A stretch of DNA of 64,000 bases. Origin: an uncultured Chloroflexia bacterium. GTDB taxonomy: Bacteria; Chloroflexota; Chloroflexia; QHBQ01; JADMIH01. How positions within the stretch are numbered: position 1 is the first letter of the stretch; the number at the start of each line of letters is the position of its first letter. Positions 1 to 10,492 of the stretch are shown piece after piece. A program made the position numbers and the translations under genes. The stretch is taken from NCBI GenBank assembly GCA_963797095.1, contig CAWCNY010000004.1, positions 416,001-480,000 of the forward strand, in the 5' to 3' direction. The notes beneath the pieces were generated by a model that did no database searches, had not been told where the DNA came from, and saw nothing but the letters and a program-made list of their open reading frames with translations.

Positions 1-287
1 TCCGGCGGCTGCACATCGTAGTGGTTATAGAGGAGGAGAGTGCGCGCACCGCTGCCAAGTTCGCCCAATATCACCGGCGCACCATCGTCAACAGGTACAA
101 TCTCAGAATTCGCTCCAAGCTGATCCAGCTTGCGCTTTACCATTGCTACGCTTTCGGCGATCCCGATCTTCTGACCGGCAAGCGCGGGCTGGGCGCAAAA
201 CTCGCGCAACTCAGCGATGAACTCTTCAAAATGTGCATCTATATAGCGGTCATAAGCCCGGAATTCCCTGAGTTCTGCTTTTTGCAT
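1..287 (-). CDS. M20/M25/M40 family metallopeptidase, N-terminal part (runs off the window edge)
   Basis: Manual translation of the minus strand from ATG at 287: MQKAELREF...ELGSGARTLLLYNHYDVQP; YNHYDVQP is the M20 metal-binding motif; AGGA upstream. Not in the supplied ORF track. Confidence 0.85.
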   Translation of the reverse strand, partial: MQKAELREFRAYDRYIDAHFEEFIAELREFCAQPALAGQKIGIAESVAMVKRKLDQLGANSEIVPVDDGAPVILGELGSGARTLLLYNHYDVQPP

Positions 288-320
288 TGAGGTTCCTTGT
301 ACATCAGATGACGCCATGCC

Positions 321-932
321 TCAATTACGCACCCAGATCAGTTTCATAGGGAGAAAGATACCTCCACGCTTCACCACCAGTTCGACGTGCAAGCCTGAAT
401 CCCTTACCACGCGCTCGGTATCCTGGTTGAGCCTGCATCCACCCGCCAGCTTGAACCACAAGGGGGCCAGCCTGTCCTGCATCCACGCCTGCCACGGGCG
501 ATCCGCACGCACATGCTCCAGGAAACGCATCGGGGCGCCGGGCTTAAGCACGCGCTTCGCTTCAGCCAGTGCCCGCGCCGGGTCTGGGATTGTACAGAGG
601 GCAAGCTGGCACACCAGGCCATCGAACAGACAATCGCCAAAAGGTAGGTCGTGGGCCGAAGCCGCGATTGGCACTACTGTAGCAACCGATTTGCGCGCCT
701 TCTCTGCCAACCGGCCAACACTGGCAAGGTCAGGCTCGGTCGCGATCACAGTTACACCCGGCGAGTAATGGCTAAGGCTGAAACCCGTGCCAGCTCCAAT
801 CTCCAGGATCAAGCCCTTGAGCGGAGCGATCAGCCTGCGCCTGCTGGGGGCAAGAAAGAACATCTCAGGACCTCCCTGTAGAACCACATCATACGCCAGA
901 GCTATGAACCTGCTGCGAAGGCTCTTATGCAT
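321..932 (-). CDS. Class I SAM-dependent methyltransferase
   Basis: ILEIGAGTG motif I, LPFGDCLFD, RVLKPG, LEHVRA; start may be 932 or 938. Confidence 0.85.
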   Translation of the reverse strand: MHKSLRSRFIALAYDVVLQGGPEMFFLAPSRRRLIAPLKGLILEIGAGTGFSLSHYSPGVTVIATEPDLASVGRLAEKARKSVATVVPIAASAHDLPFGDCLFDGLVCQLALCTIPDPARALAEAKRVLKPGAPMRFLEHVRADRPWQAWMQDRLAPLWFKLAGGCRLNQDTERVVRDSGLHVELVVKRGGIFLPMKLIWVRN

Positions 933-941
933 CGCCATAGT

Positions 942-1895
942 CTACAGCACGAAAGTAGTGCCAACGCTCGTGGCGATGAAGGCGTCCGGCAATTCGGCAG
1001 CTATTCTGCTCACAGCCCGCCAGCCGGTGCAGTGGCCCGGCACCAAGCAGTCCGGTGCAATCGCCTTGAGGGCGGCAACAGTAGGCTCGATAATTGGCTC
1101 GAAGCCTGGCCCCGTCAGATGGAACCCGCCGATTACGGCATATACTTTGTCGATACCCGTGATCCTTTGGGCGTTGCGGATCACATTGATGATCCCCGAA
1201 TGACCGCAACCTGTGACAATTACCAGTCCCTTACCTTTGACATGTATGATCGCACATTGGTCATCATGAATCAGAGGGTCAGGCTCCCAGTGATCGCCGT
1301 GCCATGCCTCGTGCCCGCGCAGACCTTTCTCAAACTCTGTCGTACGTGCCACCTCCCCCGACAACAGCACCATCCCATCCACCAACATCGAAGGTCCGAC
1401 CTCTTCGACTATCTCTACACCCATCCTGCTGAGGTCGGCACGGTTTGGCGGCGGCAGTTGCAGTTCCATTCCGTTCGGCAATACAAGCCTGCGCGCCAAG
1501 AAGGCGTCCGGGTGCAATATGACAGGCATTCCCAATCTGCCCAGGCGGTCCAGCAGACCTGGCAGGCCCATAGCGTGGTCAGCGTGGCCGTGGCTCAGAA
1601 TGATCGCCTGGATGTCGTGCGCGTCCACCTCCATCAAGTCCATGTTGTACAGGATGCCCTGCTTGCTCACTCCCGTATCGAACATGATCTTGCCACGCTT
1701 GTCGCCGCTCTGCACCTCGATCAGCGCCGAAAAGCCGTGCTCGGCTATCGGAAAAGGCTTCTCGAAGAGATCGCTCGTCAGCTTGAACCGGCGGGCCACC
1801 GCAGACCCGGTCATAAGGACATCTACCGAGTTGTCACATAGAATCGATACTTGAACCGCGTCTGCCTTGGTCAATGCAATAGCTTGCGCGTCCAT
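942..1895 (-). CDS. MBL-fold metallo-hydrolase (COG1237-like)
   Basis: AEHGFS, FDTG, SHGHADH, TGCGHSG, GGFHL and PGHCTG motifs. Confidence 0.85.
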   Translation of the reverse strand: MDAQAIALTKADAVQVSILCDNSVDVLMTGSAVARRFKLTSDLFEKPFPIAEHGFSALIEVQSGDKRGKIMFDTGVSKQGILYNMDLMEVDAHDIQAIILSHGHADHAMGLPGLLDRLGRLGMPVILHPDAFLARRLVLPNGMELQLPPPNRADLSRMGVEIVEEVGPSMLVDGMVLLSGEVARTTEFEKGLRGHEAWHGDHWEPDPLIHDDQCAIIHVKGKGLVIVTGCGHSGIINVIRNAQRITGIDKVYAVIGGFHLTGPGFEPIIEPTVAALKAIAPDCLVPGHCTGWRAVSRIAAELPDAFIATSVGTTFVL

Positions 1896-1910
1896 GTCTC
1901 CTCCAATTAC

Positions 1911-2876
1911 TTATGAAATAGACCGTATCCTCTCGATCAGCTCAGGCGAGTCGGGCATTCTTCCTATGCTGGCTAGCCTGGGCACAAGTTCTCGCCAGGC
2001 GGGGTCCGCTACGAAGGCGCTGCGAAACAGTGGCGTGGCCTCATCCCATTGCCCGGCGGCGGCAAGCTGGCACGCATGCCAGAAATGCAATTCCGCATTG
2101 CCAGTCATAGCTTTGCTGTGTGCCATTGCTTCATCGAACTCACGGCGTGCCAGTTCAAACCTGCCGGGTCCCAGAGAGGTATCCCGTACGATCTGTTCTG
2201 CTTGTCCTGCATGCTTGTAGGCGCGAGCCACGTCGAGCAAGCGGCGCAACTCCGGCAGAGGTTCAGGGTGGTCGTCTACGCGAAGGTCAAACAGGCGCGT
2301 TTTCCAGGGAGCGCCCGACAACTCTCCGCCTACCACCAGCAACGCCGCCGACTGCTTGCCTCGTATGTCGCCTCCTTCGGCCTCTGCCGCTTCCAGTGCT
2401 ACCATCATACGCTCAGCAAGATCGCCTTTGGCAGCTTCAAAGGCTTCCGCCATAGCGTTCCAAACGGTATTCTTCAGCATGAGATTGGCTTGCACACTGT
2501 AATGTTTTCCCGCGAGATGTCCCGCTTCCGGGATGCAAAGGCTGCCCGTGTGCACTGCCACATTTCCTAGCGAGTCAACCATCGCCACCTGCCGCACAGC
2601 GGCGTTGGGGTCTGCCGCCAACAACCCGTCAAGGGCCTGCCCGGCAGTCTTACCCGAACGCATCATCTCCAGGCCGAGTGGCCCGTACGACGCTTCGGCC
2701 ATCGATTGCGTGGCCACCGCTCCCACGCCAGCCTCGGCCCACGGCACGATCTTTCCAACGCAAAAGTAGTGCGACTGGACTGCCACGCCCCACTGAGACG
2801 TTTCAGAATCGTAAGCACCTATCGAATACGTGTGGGCCGGGATCAGCGGCTGAAGGCCGGATTCACCCTGGTTCAT
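1911..2876 (-). CDS. DUF1028 (Ntn-hydrolase-like) protein with TPR-like C-terminus
   Basis: HTYSI, GVGAVATQS, SVQANLM, GGDIRGKQSAALLV, DLRVDDHPEP motifs; start set at MNQGES after AAGGGGG. Confidence 0.85.
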   Translation of the reverse strand: MNQGESGLQPLIPAHTYSIGAYDSETSQWGVAVQSHYFCVGKIVPWAEAGVGAVATQSMAEASYGPLGLEMMRSGKTAGQALDGLLAADPNAAVRQVAMVDSLGNVAVHTGSLCIPEAGHLAGKHYSVQANLMLKNTVWNAMAEAFEAAKGDLAERMMVALEAAEAEGGDIRGKQSAALLVVGGELSGAPWKTRLFDLRVDDHPEPLPELRRLLDVARAYKHAGQAEQIVRDTSLGPGRFELARREFDEAMAHSKAMTGNAELHFWHACQLAAAGQWDEATPLFRSAFVADPAWRELVPRLASIGRMPDSPELIERIRSIS

Positions 2877-3216
2877 TACTACCCCCTTGTAGATACAAAT
2901 AGCGACAGTGCGGACGACATCAGCATATCTTACGCCCATTTTATCACTGCACGGCAAGGGCTATTCAGCCATGGAACATGCAGAGTCCCACCTAGCGCCT
3001 TGTGTCCTCCTCATTCTGCGCTGGACAAGTGCTCAATTAATATGCCGAAAGTTGTTCATTTTGTGTCTATCTGCGAGAATGGGGTGCCCAGAAGCGTCTG
3101 TGATATAATTGCCCTTGCCACATTGTGGTCTTTTGGGGTCCGCGCTTCCCCCATCCCGCGTCCTCGATCTGCATCGCTGCCGCGGTTGCTACTCATATTT
3201 GAAAGGTGTGCTAGCC

Positions 3217-5116
3217 ATGAAACTTGTTCGTTCCATCGCTATGGCGCTTGCTGGAGTGATAGTCGGGCGGGCCATCGTCTCGGCTATGAAGGCGAGACGT
3301 CCTGAAAAGAGAGAGGAGAAGTCGGGATCGTCAAGCCTGCTGGTGCGTTTGTTCACGGCAGTAAATCAATACGTTGAATGGCATGAGCTTCCTCCCATGC
3401 TCGGCCTGCTCAATATGGTTGCCTTCCGCATAGTCCTCAGAGAGAAGAATCTTTACGATACTTCATCGAGCGCCGAGGGGCGCAGCATCGCCACCCAGGC
3501 CGCCCCACGCGATCCCCATGACCTATACTGGCGGACAGTTGACGGCACTTACAACGACCTGGGTGACCCGAAAATGGGCATGCTCAATACCCGCTTCGGG
3601 CGCAACGTGCCTGTCGAGAAGACTTTTCCTGAGCCGGAGCCTGCCCTTCTCAGCCCTAGCCCGCGACTGGTCAGCCGTAAGCTGCTGACACGCGATGAAT
3701 TCAAGCCCGCGACCACCCTTAACCTCCTTGCGGCGGCCTGGATCCAGTTCATGACGCACGACTGGTTCAATCACGGCGACAACCAGCCGGATAACCACTT
3801 GCTCGTGCCGGTCGGAGATGACGACCCCTGGTTCGAGAAGCCGATGCGCATCCAGCGTACCCTTTCCGACACGACACGCACGCCGGACGAATCGGACAAA
3901 CCGCCAACCTACATGAACGCTGTATCGCACTGGTGGGACGCCTCCAGCATATATGGCTGCGACGAGGCCAGTTGCGCCAGAGTGCGCGCCAAATCGGGCG
4001 GGAAACTGATTGTAAAGAACGGACGCCTCCCGCTCGACCCCGACACGGGCCTTACTATTACCGGGTTCAACAGCAACTGGTGGTTGGGGCTGGGCCTGCT
4101 GCATACTGTCTTCACGCTCGAACACAACGCTATCTGCGACCGCCTCAAGCAGGAATACCCCGATTGGAGTGACGAGCATCTTTTCCAGACCGCCCGCCTC
4201 ATCATTGCCGCTCTGATGGCTAAGATACACACTGTCGAATGGACGCCTGGAATTTTGAGCCACCCGGCAATCCACATGGCAACCCAGACCAACTGGTGGG
4301 GCATGGCTTCCGAGAGAGTCAACAAGGTATTCGGGCGCATCAGCGGCAGCGAGTTGATAAGCGGCATCCCCGGCTCAGAAACGGACCACTACGGTGTGCC
4401 CTTCGCGCTGACCGAGGAATTCGTAGCGGTGTACCGTCTCCACCCACTCATCCCTGATGATATAGACATATACTCGATGACCACAGGCGAAATACTTAAG
4501 AAGCTGACCTTCCCCGATATAGCCAACAGGAATGCCGCCACCGTTATCGATGATAAAGTGTCGGTAATCGATACACTATACTCCTTCGGCATATCCCACC
4601 CCGGTGCTATCGAGCTGCACAACTTTCCACGTTTTCTACAGGATATAGTTACACAGACCGGCGTGCGCGTTGACCTGGCAGCCGTCGATATCACTCGCGA
4701 CCGCGAGCGAGGTATACCACGCTACAACGAATTCAGGAGGCTCTTACACCTCAAGCCGTTCGAACTCTTTTGACGAGATTACCCCGAACAAGCAATGGGT
4801 GAAGGAGTTGAAGGAGGTCTATAACGACGATATCGAACGTGTTGACCTGATGGTGGGTATGTACGCGGAAAAGCCGCCCAAAGGGTTCGGCTTCAGCGAT
4901 ACCGCCTTCCGTGTCTTCATCCTTATGGCCTCAAGGAGGCTGAACAGCGACCGCTTCTTTACCACAGACTACAATCCCAGGGTATATACGCAGGCCGGCA
5001 TAGACTGGATCAACCGCAATGACATGGGCAGCGTATTGCTGCGGCACTATCCGGAACTTGCCGCCCCACTCCGAGGTGTCAAAAACGCCTTCGCACCCTG
5101 GGTGAAGGTAGTCTGA
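3217..5116 (+). pseudogene. Heme peroxidase-cyclooxygenase superfamily protein (fatty-acid alpha-dioxygenase-like), split by a frameshift near 4762
   Basis: RTVDGTYNDL, AAAWIQFMTHDW, KIHTVEWT, EEFVAVYRLH, RDRERGIPRYNEFRR in frame 1; SFDEIT...VDLMVG...GFSDTAFRVFILMASRRL continues in another frame. Real lesion or sequencing error cannot be decided. Confidence 0.8.
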
Positions 5117-5119
5117 CAT

Positions 5120-6160
5120 CTAGGCCTCTTTTCGCAATCTGGCGCTTGCATAATAGACCAATTTGCGAGCGCGATTCGTGCTTCTCAGAGGCCGGATGTC
5201 TGTTGAGCTGGTGTTCCAGGGATTGAAAGTGTAACCCTCGATCTCTTGCTCATCAGCCGGGTTCAATTCCTGCCCAGGGATGACTAGCTGCGCGATTGTG
5301 GTCGAAGGCGCGACTTCCTCCTTCCATTCAACAGTTCCGTCCTCGATAGGCGTTTTGTCGTCGTCCACGTATCTTTGCACCTTAAAGTCAAATCGCACTT
5401 CACCTTGCTTTAGACGCGATATCAACTCGGCACGCAAATCATCTGCTCTGCCTTCGCTTGACCTCTCCTCCGGAACGAGCTTGAACATCAACGCGACGTT
5501 CCCGAAGGCATAAGGGGCGCGGCTCCAAAAGGTCTCAGTGGCGAGGCTCGCCACGGGGCGCGAGGTCTGTTCTCTCAAAGTGCGGAACACGCGCAGCGTC
5601 TCCTTCAAGCCAAGACGCCGTGCGATCCTGACGAGCGCTGCCAGCGTTCTCCAGCCTCTCGATTTCCACAAGACGGCGGGATACACAGGCGGGCGAACGA
5701 GCAGGCTATGGCCGCGAATTGCCTTGCATCGCGCGCGTGGGACGTGGGAATAGGGCGCGTTGGTCATCAGCAGATCGTGGTCGTTTCCTGTCCCCGCTTT
5801 CACTCGAATAGCCAGGCCGCGAAGGTCGCGTGACAAGTCCGGCTGAACGATGCTGCTCGCGTTCGAGAAACGCACGTGAGCCTGGTACTCCTTGCCGGGC
5901 TGAAGGATGCCTACCCTAAGGTCCTCCGGGATATCGGGCAGCACCCGGAACTCGGCGTTCTTTGTGCTTGCACGCAAGCGGGCGTGCTGTGCGCGCTCGA
6001 TGTGCTGGTTGCTCTCGATGCGCCGGATATCTCTTTGTATGCGGTTGATCTCAGGAGCAAATCGCCGCCTGATTAGCTCATCCTCGGCCTCCTTGCTTCC
6101 ATCCAGGAAGATTTCTTGCCAACTAGTGCCTGCTCGGTTCGTGGCGGTGCCGTTCGACAT
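5120..6160 (-). CDS. Catalase-related heme protein (allene oxide synthase/hydroperoxide lyase-like small catalase domain), probably degenerate
   Basis: RAQHAR (distal His), VRFSNAS, DLRGLAIRV, FNPWN, NRARKLVY (proximal Tyr); scrambled middle segment from a 7-bp duplication at 5736-5749. Confidence 0.7.
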   Translation of the reverse strand: MSNGTATNRAGTSWQEIFLDGSKEAEDELIRRRFAPEINRIQRDIRRIESNQHIERAQHARLRASTKNAEFRVLPDIPEDLRVGILQPGKEYQAHVRFSNASSIVQPDLSRDLRGLAIRVKAGTGNDHDLLMTNAPYSHVPRARCKAIRGHSLLVRPPVYPAVLWKSRGWRTLAALVRIARRLGLKETLRVFRTLREQTSRPVASLATETFWSRAPYAFGNVALMFKLVPEERSSEGRADDLRAELISRLKQGEVRFDFKVQRYVDDDKTPIEDGTVEWKEEVAPSTTIAQLVIPGQELNPADEQEIEGYTFNPWNTSSTDIRPLRSTNRARKLVYYASARLRKEA

Positions 6161-6688
6161 TCAAATGCCCTCCAGCCAATATGCTGAAGAAGTCCCAGCC
6201 TGTGGGTCAAAGGACAAGGTCAGGCAGCGTACAGGCTAGCGTACAAGCTTTTGACGATCCTCAGCTCAACTCTGTACATTACCAACTCAATAACAGACAG
6301 AGTAGGCCAACCTGTCCATGTGTGAGCGTGGGACTAAACAGACATCAGGGTCCGTGGGGGATGTCTGAAAAGTGAAATTGCCCCACAACTGACGCCTGAC
6401 CTGCGCCAGTACGTCCGAGAAAGTAGCCTCCCGCTTGTGTAGGGTAAGAGGCCGGGTCTTGTCGAGATGTATAATCCAGCAAGAACACCAACCCCTCCCC
6501 CCGAACCTGGACGTGCACCTTTCAGCGCATCCGGCTCTCCAGACCTGCTATTTTCGTATGAGAGCCTCTCGGTTCATCCGAACCAGCCCTCCACTATCCA
6601 GAACAGTCCTGCAGCCCTTCCCCCTGTCTCCCCTATTACAAGGAGCAGAGGTTGGCGGCCGGGTAGCTGGATCTCCCCTCATATACGA

Positions 6689-6746
6689 AATGACATTGGT
6701 GGTACAAAACAGGACACGTTTTGGGGTGTACTTAAGTACGGTTTTG
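6689..6746 (+). repeat. Dispersed repeat, copy A (58-bp core)
   Basis: Gapless match to 28889-28946 (48/58) and to the reverse complement of 63563-63620 (44/58), counted by hand. Confidence 0.85.
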
Positions 6747-6997
6747 TTGGGCGCGAACCCGGAGATGCGGGTCTGGAGATGAAACTATTGTGCATCACGT
6801 GTCGAAGTGATATACTCATGCCTACGACGCCCTGTAGGGTGCGTCATTAGTGAATGTGAAGGTCGCTTTGTTCGAGCGCCTGTTATCTCTTGATTAGAGC
6901 TAACGAGGCGACTTACAGGCCACGCGCCCTGATAGAGCCTGCTGGCAGGCCGTAAGCAGGGCAGTATTGATACCGGCCCAGTGAAAGGAACTCCTTC

Positions 6998-9357
6998 ATG
7001 GTTCGTCTGTCTTCCCCTATCGAGAACATCAAGCCCAGCTACACTGTTGTGATAATCGGCTCAGGATATGGAGGGAGCATCGCGGCTTCCAGGCTGGCCC
7101 GCGCGGGCCAGCAGGTGTGCTTGTTGGAGCGGGGCAAAGAGTTTCAGCCTGGGGAGTATCCTGATAGCCTCACGCAGGCAACGGGCGAGATGCAGACCGA
7201 CCTACCGGCAGGACACGTCGGACCGCGCACGGGCCTCTATGACCTGCGCGTCAACGAAGATATCAACGTCTTTCTGGGCTGCGGCCTGGGCGGCACGTCG
7301 CTGTTGAACGCCAACGTGTCGCTTCGTGCCGAGCCACGCGTCTTTGACGATCCGCGCTGGCCCCAGGCGATACGCGATGACCTACCCACTCTCATAGAAG
7401 AAGGCTACAGCCGAGCCGAGGAGATGCTCAGGCCAAGGCCCTACCCTGAGCACTTTCCGGTCCTGAAGAAGCTGCAAGCCCTGGAAAAGTCGGCAGCGCT
7501 CCTGGGCGAGAAGTTCTACAGGACACCGATTAACGTCAATTTTGAGGACGGTGTGAACCACGTGGGGGTATACCAGCGCGCGTGCCCCCTTTGCGGCGAT
7601 TGCTGCTCTGGGTGCAATTACGGCTCCAAGAACACCCTGATCATGAACTACCTGCCGGATGCGAAGAACCACGGGGCTGAGATCTATACGGAAGTGGCGG
7701 TCAAGTATGTCGAGCGGCAGGAAAGCAGGTGGCTGGTGCACTTCGATGTGCTCGGAATCGGGCGAGAGAAATTCCATGCCCCCAACCTGTTTGTGAGCGC
7801 CGACCTCGTGATCGTGGCGGCGGGCGCGTTAGGCTCAACCGAAGTACTGCTCCGCTCGAAGGAGCAGGGCCTCGCGGTCTCCGATAAACTGGGGCACGGG
7901 TTCACTGGCAACGGCGACGTGCTTGGCTTCGGTTACAACAACGACGAGCCGATCAACGGCGTTGGCATCGGACGCGAAGCCGACGGGACATCCGACCCGG
8001 TTGGGCCGTGCATCACAGGCATAATAGATGTTCGCAACCGCGAAAATCTCAATGAGGGCATGGTTATTGAAGAAGGGGTAGTGCCGAGTCCGCTCGCCTC
8101 TTTGCTGCCTGCCGCGTTTGCCACAGCATCGCATATCGTGGGCAAAGGCACCGATACGGGAGCCGCTGACGCTGTGCGTGAAGCGGGACGTGAGTTAGGA
8201 AGCGTCGCACTAGGTCCATACCACGGTGCAGTGCGCAACACGCAGACCTATCTGGTCATGACCCACGACAACTCGGCAGGCCACATGTACTTGAAAGACA
8301 ATCGCCTGCGTATTGACTGGCCCGGCGTAGGCTCTCAACCGATCTTCGGGAAAGTGAACGCAAACCTTGAAGAAGCCACGCGTGCCCTGGGCGGCACCTA
8401 CATGCGCAACCCGATCTGGACGCAGCTTTTCAAGAAAGACCTTGTCACGGTCCACCCCCTGGGCGGTTGTCCAATGGGAGAAGACGCCGAGCGCGGAGCA
8501 GTCGATCACAAAGGGCGAGTTTTTTCCGGCAGCGGGGGACAGGAAGTCCATGAGGGCCTGTACGTCTGCGACGGGGCCATCATACCCCGCTCGGTGGGTG
8601 TGAACCCTCTGCTGACGATCTCTGCCATTTCGGAGCGCAATGTTGCTCTCCTGGCAAAAGAGCGGGGTTGGGAGATAGATTATGCCCTTACCCCGGTGGC
8701 TGCGAAGGAAGACGAAGCTCCACGACTTGGCATCCAGTTCACCGAGACGATGAAGGGCTTCTTTTCAAACGTCGCCTTTGAGACCTACGAGCAAAGCTGG
8801 ATCAAGGGCAAGAAGGACAAGTCGCACTTTGAGTTCACGCTGACGGTCGTCTCGGATGACCTGGAGCGCATGCTCGAAGACCAGGAGCACAAAGCGAAGA
8901 TCATGGGTACAGTGCTGGCCCCATCCTCTCGGCCCAACCGCTGACGGTCACCAACGGCGAGTTCAACCTGTTCGTGCTGAATCCTGACGAACCGCATAGC
9001 AGGAAGATGCTCTACCGGATGACCATGCTCTCCGAGGAAGGCAAGAGCTATCTTCTGGATGGTTTCAAGCTGGTGCGCGACGACCCCGGCCTCGATATGT
9101 GGTCTGACACCACCACGGTCTTCCTGACCGTAAGCGAGGGCGAAGGAAGCGATATGAAAGTGGTGGGCAGGGGTATACTTAAGATCAAGCCTATGGACTT
9201 CGTACGGCAGATGACCACCATGCGGATCAACAACGCCAGAAATTTAGAGCAGGTGCTTGAGGCCAATGCGCGCTTTGGGCGCTTTTTCGCGGGCGCGCTT
9301 TTCGACGCCTACGCACGACTGGCCAGGCGCAAGAAGAAAGTAGAGGAGCAGTCCTGA
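6998..9357 (+). pseudogene. GMC-family FAD oxidoreductase (cholesterol oxidase-like) with C-terminal extension; frameshift near 8925
   Basis: IIGSGYGG FAD motif, GLGGTSLLNANV, CxxCGDCCSGC, TVHPLGGC, GVNPLLTISA; adding one C to the CC run at ~8925 restores APSLSAQPLTVTNGEFNLF and joins ORF 8974-9357. Confidence 0.8.
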
Positions 9358-9358
9358 A

Positions 9359-10399
9359 ATGGCCGATTCCAGGAGGAAACACAAAGAAACTGTGGTCCCA
9401 TTCACGACCCAGGATGGGATCGAATGCAACATGATCAGGGTGCAGGGCGATGAGGCTCCGCCCAAAGGGCCTGTGCTCCTCTCACCAGGGGCTGGCGTGC
9501 GGGCCGAAGTGTTCCGCGCGCCTGTTGAGACCACAATCGTCGATGCTCTCATTGAGGCAGGCTACGAACCCTGGCTCGAAAACTGGCGAGCCAGCATCGA
9601 TGTTAAGCCCAATAACTGGAACCTGGACAAAGCAGCGCTCTACGACCACCCGGAAGCGGTCAGAACGATCGTGAAAGAGACAGGCTGGCCTGAGATCAAA
9701 GCGATCATCCACTGCCAGGGGTCCACCAGCTTCATGATGTCGGCGGTGGCGGGGCTTGTGCCCCAGGTGAAGACCATAGTCAGCAACGCCGTTTCGCTGC
9801 ACCCCGTTGTGCCCACCTTCTCTCGCGTCAAATTGAAGGCTATCTTGCCTATGCTGTCTCTCTTCACCAGCTATCTCAGCCCGGAGTGGGGTGTAAAGGC
9901 ACCCACGCCGACCGCCAAAGCCATAGCCCTAATGGTCAGGGTGTTTCACCACGAGTGCGATAATACTGTGTGCAAGCTGGTTAGCTTTATCTACGGCACA
10001 GGCTTTCCCGCCCTCTGGCGGCACGAGAACCTCAATCCTGAGACGCATGAGTGGCTGAAGCGCGAGTTCGCGTTCGTGCCTGTGACCTTTTACAAACAGA
10101 TGGCGCGCTGCGTGAGCAAGGGGAACCTCGTTTCGATGAAGGGGGGCACGGCCCTGCCACGAGACTTCGCAGCCCAGCCGCCCAGGACAGATGCGCGCTT
10201 TTCCTTCTTCGCCGGTCGCGAGAACCTTTGTTTTCTCCCCCAAAGCCAGGTGGAGACGTACAAGTACTTCAATGCACAGCGACAGGATTTCCATTCCCTG
10301 CATATTATTGAGAAGTACAGCCACCTGGATATGTTCATGGGACAGCATGCTTCGCGAGATGTATTCCCCCTTATGATCGCCGAGCTAGATAAGTCATGA
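9359..10399 (+). CDS. Alpha/beta-hydrolase fold protein of the type accompanying cholesterol oxidases
   Basis: WLENWRAS, HCQGS nucleophile elbow (Gln at the nucleophile position), YSHLDMFMG; starts 1 bp after the GMC gene. Confidence 0.75.
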   Translation: MADSRRKHKETVVPFTTQDGIECNMIRVQGDEAPPKGPVLLSPGAGVRAEVFRAPVETTIVDALIEAGYEPWLENWRASIDVKPNNWNLDKAALYDHPEAVRTIVKETGWPEIKAIIHCQGSTSFMMSAVAGLVPQVKTIVSNAVSLHPVVPTFSRVKLKAILPMLSLFTSYLSPEWGVKAPTPTAKAIALMVRVFHHECDNTVCKLVSFIYGTGFPALWRHENLNPETHEWLKREFAFVPVTFYKQMARCVSKGNLVSMKGGTALPRDFAAQPPRTDARFSFFAGRENLCFLPQSQVETYKYFNAQRQDFHSLHIIEKYSHLDMFMGQHASRDVFPLMIAELDKS

Positions 10400-10492
10400 C
10401 GACCATGCACGCGAAGTAATGTCCCTATTTAGCAGTCCAAATCAACACTAACAGCGCACTGCCAACCACCGAACCTAGAAAGGTTTTGACTA

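Noticed and set aside
21-290. Plus-strand 89-aa ORF in the track
   Set aside because: Shadow of the minus-strand M20 peptidase, which has a recognisable motif.
927-1841. 304-aa plus-strand ORF
   Set aside because: Antisense to the MBL hydrolase with no motifs; long shadow ORFs are expected at this GC content.
4755-4775. Programmed ribosomal frameshift in the peroxidase gene
   Set aside because: No canonical slippery heptamer or stimulatory structure; a single-base insertion explains it more simply.
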